Origin: Sphaeroforma arctica JP610
Lineage: Eukaryota
Length of the DNA stretch: 64,000 bases
Reading direction: 5' to 3'
NCBI RefSeq assembly: GCF_001186125.1
Contig: NW_014040205.1
Span: forward strand, 1-64,000
How positions within the stretch are numbered: position 1 is the stretch's first letter; every line of letters starts with the position of its first letter. This document shows, in pieces, positions 50,231 through 64,000 of the stretch. The notes under the pieces were generated by a model. It saw only the letters and a list, made by a program, of their open reading frames with translations. It ran no database searches and was not told the origin of the DNA. A program made the translations under genes and the position numbers.

Positions 50231-51140
50231 ATACCCCTCCTGCGGGGAAAAATCATTTATTTAGGCAGATTTTTTAATTTTGACATAAAGAATTAGGGAC
50301 CGAACTTTGAGAATTTCGAGGGATCTTGATGTTTTTATTAATAGTAAAATTTGTAAAAAAAAACAAAAAAACAGGCATATGTAAATAGCCTCTTTTGAAA
50401 ATTACACAAAAAGTGTTTCCTACTATGAAAAAAGCGAAAACAAAGTACAAGAAGGGAGTAAATAAAAAATAACTAAATTACTCGCGCATCGCGACTGGCG
50501 AAGAATGCTGTACATAAATAAATAGCAAGTGTATTTATTTAGCGGCCAACAAGCCGGCAGCGGCCAAGGGGTGAATTTGATGAATTTGTGTGAAGCTGCG
50601 AAGCCCGAACTTCCGGAGGGCCGAATGCAAAGGCCCACATTGGGTGGTTGGGCCACATCGTGAGTTCATGCCTTCATGTGACAAGAAGCAAGTGTTGTTT
50701 TAAAACAAATTTAAAAAAAAGAACCAAAATATATAGGTAAATAAATACATACATATTTTTAAAACATATACCACTATGTATTTTTTAATTTTTTAAAAAA
50801 CAAAAACAAAAATTATCCTGTATGTACAAACAAATAAACCAATTTTATTGTTATTTTTAATTTTTATTAGAGGGCTATGAATAAAATACTGCTGTAAATT
50901 CAAATAAATCTTATTGTTATTATATATATAAATATGGCGACACTAAGCACTCTGCCGAGTGCCGAGTGCCGACCCCAGGCCCCGACTCTCCGTGTCCTGA
51001 GAGACTGAGAGTGAGGAGTTATTTAGGGTTGAAGTCTCTGGTTCTGGTACACTACATACTCATAGTGAGATAACGACATTTAACTCAACATAGGGGTCGG
51101 GATCGGGGGCGGTTAGGGGATAGGGGATAGGGGTTGGGGT

Positions 51141-51273
51141 TCAGGGCTCAGGGCTCAGGACTCAGGGCTCAGGGCTCAGGGCTCAGGACTCAGGGCTCAG
51201 GGCTCAGGGCTCAGGGCTCAGGGCTCAGGGCTCAGGGCTCAGTGCTCAGGGCTCAGGGCTCAGGGCTCAGGGC
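51141..51273 (+). repeat. (TCAGGGC)19 heptamer array, preceded by a G-run tract at 51092-51140
   Basis: Directly visible; three variant units. Confidence 0.95.
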
Positions 51274-51545
51274 CGCAAACCTCAAATTTAGGGGATCCTC
51301 AGTTCCTCACTCTCAGTCACTCATTCGCTCAGACTTCAGAAGTTCAGACTTTGCCCTTTTGTTTTGCTCCTGGTAATTTTCTCTTCAGCAAAACTCTTAT
51401 AGAATATATATTTAGAATTTTAGATAGACCATATTTGGTAATTCGAATTGACGAATGCCATCGGAATCCAACTCCTGCCTCAGGCCCTCAGCCTGCAAAT
51501 TGCAAAAGACTTTCAGACTTTCACTGAGGACTGAGTCACTGGGTT

Positions 51546-51625
51546 TCTGAGCCCTGAGGTCTGAGCCCTGAGGTCTGAGCCCTGAGGTCTGAGCCCTGAG
51601 GTCTGAGCCCTGAGGTCTGAGCCCT
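51546..51625 (+). repeat. (TCTGAGCCCTGAGG) x~5.7 array
   Basis: Directly visible; its reverse complement contains TCAGGGCTCAG. Confidence 0.92.
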
Positions 51626-52592
51626 CTGAGGACTGAGGACTGAGGACTCTGAACTCAGAAGTCAGAAGTCAGGACTCTCAGGACCTGAGTCAGGACTCTC
51701 AGGACTCAGGATTCAGGAATGAGGAGTCGAGGACTGAGGAGTATGTGATAAAATACCGCTTTATGGATCTACGATTCTACAGAAGTCCATACAGCCCCGC
51801 GAGAGAATCGAGTTGTCGACGCTCTCCAGACTCCGATCAGAAAAACAAACAATAGTAAAGTATCATAAATACATATAATTTTTAAAATACGGCCATGTGT
51901 GTATATAAAATGCGTCCGAGTGGGGACTATTTGTTAAAAAAAAATTGCCTTCTTAAAAAACATTAAAAAACATAGCCTTCTAAAAATTAAACACTTCTAA
52001 ATTGAAACATGGGGAATTTGGGATAACTCACTGGGCCCTCTCAGGGACAGGGCCTGGGCTACTCTAGTAGAGTAGGGCGGTAGGGCCCAGGCCCCAGGGC
52101 CCCGGGCCTGAGGCCTGGGCGAGAGGGCGGCAGCCGGACCGGCAGGGCCGGTAAATAATATACGAAATGGATCGGCTAGGCTCTCTACTCTCTGACTTGT
52201 GCTTGAATATTTACAACACTTTTTTCCCCTTCAACTTCAAAATGTGTCTAATAAATTTAAAATAAATATATACAAAATGTAGTCACATTTTTAGGGCACA
52301 TGTTTCCTGTGTATGAATAGCCTTCTTCGTGAATATTCTAGAGGGCTATGCAAGTGTCGTATTTAGATAGACTCCGACTCACTGACTCACTCGGCTCATG
52401 TTTGGGGGTTTTTTTTTAAACTTATGGCAATTGCTCTCTGTTTGCTATAAGCAAGTAGCCTACTAATTACTGAGAGAGATTTGTCTACTGGCATCATGTG
52501 CATAAAACTTGATCTCAAATCTTCATAACACAACTTTTTAAGCCTCTTTGCATTGTAACAATCCCATAGCTACCAGAGAATACCTGAGAGAA

Positions 52593-55816
<3,224 letters not shown>

Positions 55817-56705
55817 AATACTATGGGCCTAAATTTTTAGACGGACGGATTCGATTACGTTGTAAATCTTTGAAGGAGGTGACATAAGTACGTTTCCGCA
55901 CATATTTGCCTGGCTAGATCACGACAGAATTGTGACATCACTCAAATGCTTCACTTCAGGTTGTGCAAGCTATTGTGTTTGTGACTACAGGTATAGCGGT
56001 TGCAACTGTGTGCACGCAGATCTGGAGGCTTTCCCATCTATGGCCTGCTTGCTGCTACAATCAAGCATATATACCAGCAAGCCGGACCAAGGTATTCGAT
56101 TGGATCACGAATCTGATTTCGTCTGTTCTCGGCGTTCTAGGGCGTGTTTAGATTAATAGAACTTCTAGGCTGCGGGCATATTTGGGCAGGACTGTACTCT
56201 GCCATGTAGACCACCTCAACAGCATAACACTAGGTATGCAGAGTTACTCTGCGTTTTATATCATATTATATTCAGATGCGTGCACGAATAACCAAATCGC
56301 ACATGAAGCGGCAGCACTGTTTGGCATCAGTAGACATCAAATGATTAAATTTTCGAGCTTTTACATTACTCAATGTTTACAATTACATGGCAGTCTAGTT
56401 TCTCTCGATCAAGTACTAACTGCCAAGCCCAATTCACGATATAACGGGCAAACTACAAGAAGCATTGGCGAACAGATTTACGAACCCTTGTGCCAAACAA
56501 AAATATGTTCAAGATATTAATCAGAAGCATAAAAGTGTGTTTCATATCGGTAAGGAATCAGTTCACAATGCGAATCTGCGAACCATGTGATTACTAGCTA
56601 GGAGTTGTAATGCGCACTACAGGGCGCAGTTATATTCAAGCATGTCTGGGTGTAATTGCGGCCAGGGAGTTACAAGAACATACATTAAAGTGAATTGTAA
56701 TATGG

Positions 56706-59700
56706 CTACGAGAAGCCACTCGGTTTTTTATTCGACGTCGGCCTTTGCAGCATTCTTTGCATTAACGTGAGCTTCAGTGGTTCTGCCGGTGCGTTATGCG
56801 CCCGTGAGGTAACAGTTTTGGAGTAAGCTTCCAGCTTTGGACCCGAGTCTGTACTTAATTTTACACGAGTATTGCTACTAGCTCCCCTTCCAGCTAAATC
56901 TGAAGTCGCACTCCGCATGGATATGTGCGCGTGTGCGTGCGCTTGTATGTGGTGGTTGTCGATAGCAGCATGTGTTTTGCTGGGCGCGTTAGATGCTCTA
57001 CTCCTCCTCTTGCGCGGGGGCGCGCTGGCTGTGGGAGGAAGAAACAGTTTTACGAATTAGGAAATTGGTTAGACCACGACTGGCATACCAGTGGCGGCAA
57101 GATAAGTAGATCCAGGGTTCGTGAGGCGTATACTTGCCTGCCCTTTTTTTGCTGGACATTCACTCTGCTGAAAATTTGGAGTCAAACGCAGGTATATGCA
57201 AAGGTGTGTAAGGCTTACACTTCAATATAACACAAGCGATGCCTATTCTGTACATACAGCTACGACCGAATGACACAACCAATCACTCGTCTATATTTTT
57301 TCCGTGAATTAACGAGCAAGCTAGGTCCATGACAAATCTTTTTGAGAGGATCATCTTGTCTAGGCAACAACAATGCACACAATAGAATCACTTGAGCGAA
57401 GCTGGTATCATAGAAAACAAAACCTTACCCGACACAACGCCCGTTGATGTATCCTTATTTGCTTTTCTCTCGCTTCGCACTTCATCCAAATAATCGGGAT
57501 TGTACTGCTTCAATTTTTCCGCATTTGGTAGGAGAAGGAAAGCTTTCATCACGTACGGCTGCGATAACCCAAAAAAGGCAGGGCCCGAGGCCGCAATCTT
57601 GACATTTGCGTTGCCTGTCCGAGCCTACGGCAGAATAAGAAAATTGGCTTTGGTCATAAATAAAGGATGGCGAGGCTTGCACACAGTTCATGTGCCAGAG
57701 AGGAGGTGGAGTGTCACGCGAGTTACCTCAATCGCCATTGACATTATGCAGAACACTCTTTAGCAATGTACAAAAAATATCGCTGGGCTATTGGAGTCAC
57801 TTACTGCAGATAATTGCATCGATCACTGTGCCGTGGAGATGACGCATATATCCCTGAGGGTTTGCTGGCTGTTATTAAGTTGCGATTGCAACAACTTGAT
57901 TTGCACACCAGCGCACGCAAATACAGTGTGCGATTGTATTTGTATTGCAAGGGTTCTACTATCGCCGCGCAAAGTATTTCTAGAAAATAGAACATTGTGG
58001 ACACACATGAGGTACAGATCTATTCACAATACCATAAGCGAACACATGCAAATAACACACAAAAACTATATGATCGTTCAATTAAACACTACTCGTAAAA
58101 GGTTACAGTGTGCAAGCATACCGTTTTAATTTTAATCAGCAGCGTAACAATCGACGACGTCGGAGACGTGGCGACAATAGGACTTTCGGGATCGTCTGCT
58201 GCCCGGATTTCGAACTGAAATAATGAAGGAATAGACTGAGTAGTCGGGCGATTTTATTTTAATTGAAACAAGCATTGTTTGCATGCAGACTCGTGCTTAA
58301 TAACAACTAACGAAACATACGGCACGCTAGCAATCAGTGGATACCTCAGTTTTAACACACTTGCAGATGAGAAGTCTGTGCCTGAAAGGAGTCAGTTCGA
58401 TCTCATAAAACCTCGACAATTTAACAGGGAAATGTATTTAAACCATACGAACACATTTCTTTTTGGAATAAGAACACAAATTGATCAATCAGTGTGGCTA
58501 AAACACCATATTCCAAGTACAATTGTCACGGAGCATTCAAATCATACGAACGACACCTCGACATCAGAAACTCACTAATGGTCCTTCGCCGCCATCTAGT
58601 ATTTTGCATGTGTACAGTACGCGCTCCTCGGTCAGGTAGCTGTTACCCATTCGTTCGGAGGTGAATCCAATCGGCCAAATGTATCTGTGAAGGCGGTTGA
58701 CAGAGTCCGGTAGGCTATCAAATGAGTTCACAATGCAATACATACAGAAAATGTAAACGATCTTTATGTGAGCAAGAATTACAATTTTTCCATGTAGCCA
58801 TATTGACAAATCGACGACTCGTCATCGCTCAGCATACACAGGAGTTATGTATTCCAGCTCAGAAATACGTGGGATCAAGACAGTAAACTGGTTTCAAACA
58901 CTGCCCCATATGTGTAGCGATCAGTGCTAACCCCAGATGAATATTTTATATATTACTCATCGCTATGCGTAATTTGATTGACACCACTTTGACGTACCTT
59001 TCAGAATGAAAGCCTTCTCGTTCCCACTCTACGGTACCAAAATTGATCACCGTCACAGGGCCTGCTTTGACAGGGACTGTTGGCTGTGGACGATAAATAC
59101 AAGAAGTTGAATTAGATTTCACGTCAATAAAAACCCGCCGCATAATCTAATCCATTTTACGGGGCGAGTTCAGTAACTATCAACATTAAATAATTCAAAA
59201 GATATTTGTACAAGAGATCCAGTCACTGCATTTTCTGTGCGTATCCTAGCGTCCCTGTAGCTGGCCAGCGCCTAAGGCGGCTATAACATGAACAATAACG
59301 CTTAAGAGTTTTTCATCATAGGCGCCTACTAATGGCCAATCGAATCGTAGGCAATAAAACAGATACAAATGACGGCACTTTTAACACAGGGTCTGTTTCG
59401 CATCGACACATGATTAATATCCCATCACTAGGATGCGAGGGCCCCCATACCAGTCCCTGCGTATCCACCAACACTTCGGCATACTTCGTCGAAGTTTCTG
59501 GGGATCGTCTCTTTCTCATGGCTGGCTGTGGGACTGAGTGATGTCTCGGTGCCATGAACGCGTGTGGTACCAAAAAACTGGCCGGTGCTTGTTGATTTTC
59601 ATTCTGCGGTCGTGAACTCACGTGCAATAAATCTCCCTTTTCTATGTCCTGAACGGGACAGGGAACGAAATGGGAAAAATATCAGTGATACACTACGAGA

Positions 59701-62700
59701 ACATATTGATTTTAGTATTAACAAGTCACGTTGAAGGGCTTCGGCATGCGGCGTACCTAATGGTTTATATTGGTGATGTTAGCGAGTTGCTTTAAGGATG
59801 CCGTACACAAACAAGGCAACAGCGGCACCATTATTTTGTAAAAATATAAGGCGGTACTCTCAATATACACACCTCCGATGAAGAGCTCTCGTGGATGAAA
59901 CTAGGGATGGGCTCTCCTTTTTGCTTGAGCTTGTGCACCAACTGTCGCTTATTTCGGGATAAGGCCTGTAAAATTGCAATCATTTTAAAATATCGTTTTG
60001 AGCAATCTCAAATTTAATCCATAAACTTTCAGAGACGTACTTGAACAAACAAAAATGATGAAAAGAAAGAATTTGCATACATACTTTTATACTTGATAAC
60101 AATATTTCCCTTTCTTCGTGCATGGCCGTGTTTGTGAATAGCATCATACGCACAGTTTTCTTCATATATCTGTATTGTGAGAAATTTGAGAAGATAGTGC
60201 CTTACGTTAAAACATTGGACTCTTGCTTCTCCGATAGAACTCTTCCTAGGACAGTGAACTCTTTGGGAGCGCTCCATACCAAACTGTCCCGAACTACACC
60301 ATAAACCCTACCTTAACTTGCGCTCGCTTGATGCCTTTTTTCTGTGTCGTTCCAATCGCACCTTGTCTGCCCGGGCTGCCTTTCGTTTGAGCATTTCGAT
60401 CTGTGTTGGGAACATAAAATCACAAGTTCGGGTGAGTATCAATCTTCTAAAATTAGTATGAAATAGTTCACAAGATAGCGCAGAGACATATGAGCCTTAA
60501 CAAGCATGGCAGTCACAGTGTACGATGCTAACCACGATCACATTAGCGCGAGTAAAAAACCTTGTCTTCATCCTTAGCAAGGGCAAACCACCCAGGTTGG
60601 CCATCAATCTTCGTGAACCGCTGACTGCCTCGTTGTGTTTCTCTGTATATCAATGCATCCAGACTCTTCTTTTTGGATGCGTCGATCAAACCTCGTTTAG
60701 CACACCTCGATTGTATGTCCTTGAGGTGCAAGCCCTCGGAGCCCTGTTTCGAGATAGAAGATGGTCAGCACAAGACTTGTGCACGCAAGGCGTGATATGT
60801 TTGCGATACGTCTCTTTTATTCGTGCAATTCCACCTGATGAAAGATGGAAGCCTGAAGCTTGGTGGTGCGTAGAAGTTATAGTATTCAATACGTAATGTC
60901 TTGAGAACTTTAAATCGAAGAAAAACCCCAGATATAATCGTCTGCAACATATGGTAGACGCTTAAGTGGGATGTGCTCCTCATAAATCTACACAGCAAAT
61001 TTACTGTGAATTAAAATAGGCCATGACTGATGTGGGATATGTAATAATCTGTCCACTACAGAGTACATCGACAGTTTAAGGAAGAAAACCGAAATACATA
61101 CATGTTTGCCAAAAGTGGCGGAAATACGATGTATTCTCTCATATTCTGCAGAGGGAGAGATGCGTATAAACCATATATAAATACCAAAAAGATACACCTA
61201 CCGCCTCTCGCAACACCATTTCAGCCGCATCCAGCAGTGTAATAGTCTTCCGCCTCTCCGCCGGAAACCTAGTGGGTGCGAGGTACACATTAGAACCTTT
61301 TGCAGCGGGTAAGTTATAGCAATTCCATTCTGATTCGCTGAAGTGTAGACCCTACACGCACACGTGGTAGGATATGGGCTGATAACTGTACAGGGTATGG
61401 GCTAGCAACCGATTTACTTGTAAAATACTTTTTTTAAAAGGTATAGCTTCGAAAAGGTGCATCCGCTGTATACCCAATCGCCCCTATTAGAAATCGCTTT
61501 CAAATACGTTGGTAAAAGCAACTTACAAACTACACACTTTGTAATCGAAATGCACAGGGTGCTAAGTCCCGAGTGATCTAATGTTTATCAGTTGAACGTC
61601 CTCAGTTATAACCGCAGACATCAAAACATATAAATTTAAATCATGTAGAATACAAGTCACTTGACAAATCATAAACGACATACTTCGACGTTGTAAGAAT
61701 TCCCAGTACAAATCTCACCAGTTGAAGGGTCTATCTTTACTGCGTTCATCACTCATTGTGTTCAAAAGAAGGAGCTTTTCAAAAGTAATATATCCACTAC
61801 CGAATCATAGCAAGATGTTACACGCACACGAATGGTATACATATGTACAACTAGAAAACCACATTGGTACGCGCGAAGTGGCGGGAGTTGCAGCTGGAAA
61901 ATACAACATGGGTACAATTAGAACAACCCAAATAGTTTGCGACGCACACACGCAGACCATCCCACTAGCCTATACTGAATAATGAGATGTATAATGTTTA
62001 CACTGAACACACTCAAAGCATTCTGCGCTGCTCGGATTGTGATACAATAGCCAATTCCTTGAAAACATTGGCTGGTGCGTGAACAATGGCGGTTGAACTG
62101 CCGTGTATCGTTGAATACTCTACTACAGCAAAGATTTGTGTCCATTGCTGAAGATCTCAATTTTCTAATGTAGCGACAAGCACATAGCGAACGCGACTGT
62201 CACAAAATCTGCAAACTTGGATTGAGATCGCCACCCGATAATCTTTTCATTGTTTTGCGTAGGGCTTTATAGCAGCTGCCGAGGGCACATAGAGATACCA
62301 TCCATACCTGCGTTCCTGTACCTCCTCTCCGTCGCTCTCGTAGTCTGCATTTCCGCCATCATCCTTGACCCTGTGCTCATAAGTATTCTCGGTTGAGGGG
62401 TTATCTCGTATGTGTTTTTCGTAGTTATTCGTGCTTGAGGCTACACGATCACCATCACCCCTCATTGCTTTTTCCCTGACCTTATTCTTGGTGATTCCGC
62501 GAGAATACTCAGACATATTAACCTGTAACTCAGACCCACCTACAGGATCCCCACGACGTTTTGAATGTTTCTTAGAATTGCCATCGCGTGGTAGTATAGG
62601 GGCATCTTCGTCGCTGGAATCATCTCCACTGATGTATGATGCTTGTCCTTGTGTACTACTAACTTCAATCTTATCGACCTTATATATGCCGTTTTTGACC

Positions 62701-63011
62701 TCATGGTTAGCTACATCAAATACTTTAACTTGATCAGCTTTGCCTACGCTGCTCCCCTTGCTCGCATGAACAGTATGGACACGCCTATAACTCCCATCAC
62801 GTGCATACAGCGCACTTTTATCATCACCCTCGTATGGCTCGACAAAATTCGTGTGACGTACATCGGTCGAGTGATCCGAATGCGACCCATCTGACGGATC
62901 TGACTCGATGCTATCACCACTGCTTGAGTCGTCACTGAGTTCACTACCACTGCCACCAAGTGCTTCAACTTCGTCATCGGTTATCTCATCTACTTTCTCC
63001 AGCCCGTCCAT
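56706..63011 (-). CDS. Chromatin protein with HARE-HTH winged helix and FYRN/FYRC domains (TBRG1-like C-terminal half), multi-exon
   Basis: Acidic exon 1 (63011-62308). Spliced TLLDAAEMVLREA-GSEGLHLKDIQSRCAKRGLID..SLDALIYRE..RFTKIDGQPGWFAL (~61268-60560). FYRN GPVTVINFGTV..GFHSERY-IWPIGFTSER..YTCKILDGGEGPL-FEI (~59085-58140). FYRC SGPAFFGLSQPYVMKAFLLLPNA (~57590-57520). Last exon ends KKPSGFS* at 56706. Confidence 0.8.
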
Positions 63012-63539
63012 TGTGTACTATGCGAGGTGTGTGTGCAATATAAATAGGGACAGAGGTACATCTCAGCTACGGAACCAACTAATAAACCTGTTTAGATAGG
63101 TGGTAGGACATAAAAAACACTCAGCAATGCCCTAGTAGCAAATAAAAGCCATCATCCTACTAATACTAGAGAGAGAGGACGATGCCAATTGCCACGAGAA
63201 TCGTCCATACTGTCAAGTCTCAGAAACGTACAATTCTCAAAAAAAAAGTCAGATGTAAAACGGAGTCGATTTTTGACACAAGAAGAGTAATACACACTAC
63301 ATAATCGTGTCTCATCGTGTTGCTTTCCTATATATCTGTGAAAAAGTTGGAACGAGTCGAACATAAAGATAATGTGTGTATCTGTATATCTTCGCGAAAA
63401 TGCACATGCCCTCACGATTTATAGAACTATGTACGTGTACATGAACGTGCACTTAATAAAATGTGTATGTGTTCACAAACGTGCATGCATACGTCAGAAA
63501 ATATAATAAAATACAGCTTCGCCCATGTCTGCTTGTAAT

Positions 63540-63544
<5 letters not shown>

Positions 63545-63579
<35 letters not shown>

Positions 63580-63649
63580 ATATGAATATATATATATGAA
63601 TATATACATATATATATATATATATGTATATATATACATATATACATAC

Positions 63650-63697
<48 letters not shown>

Positions 63698-64000
63698 GTA
63701 TATATGTATATATGTGTGTATGTATGTATGTATGTATGTATGGATGCATGTGTTTATGTATGATATATATATGTATATATATATAGATAAATATATATAT
63801 ATGTATATATGTATATATGTGTGTATGTATGTATGTATGTATGTATGTATGTATGTGTTTATGTATGAATGGTATGTATGTATGTATGTATGTAGGTGTG
63901 TATGTATGTATTTATGCACCAATATATATATATACCCATGTATATATATATATATATATTATATATATATAGATATATAGATATATATACATGTATATTA
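63545..64000. repeat. (TA)n/(TATG)n microsatellite
   Basis: Directly visible. Confidence 0.95.

Overview
Eukaryotic, intron-rich genomic DNA with GT-AG introns, long (TA/TG/CA)n microsatellites and one 20-N gap. The style suggests a unicellular holozoan such as an ichthyosporean, but that is inference only. Four host genes are recognisable: (1) a two-exon bZIP factor (591-1517, -) with a GCN4/cpc-1/ATF4-like two-uORF leader; (2) a multi-exon PXA-RGS-PX-PXC sorting nexin (about 8060-22901, +); (3) a secreted PL14 polysaccharide (alginate-type) lyase with a 20-nt microexon (52593-55816, +); (4) a HARE-HTH + FYRN/FYRC chromatin protein (56706-63011, -). Between about 23.3 and 50.2 kb lies a nest of decayed transposons: two Ty3/Gypsy fragments, an orphan LTR with PBS, MULE fragments, a full-length Ty1/Copia element with LTRs, TSD, PBS and PPT, and a LINE. 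Main finding: all three LTR retrotransposons that retain pol sequence carry a Dam-like (DIRS/phage-type) DNA N6-adenine methyltransferase domain inside pol. In the two Gypsy elements it lies between RNase H and integrase, and one of them also has a chromodomain. In the Copia element it is inserted in frame inside the integrase HHCC zinc finger. All domain calls come from manual motif recognition; no database searches were run.
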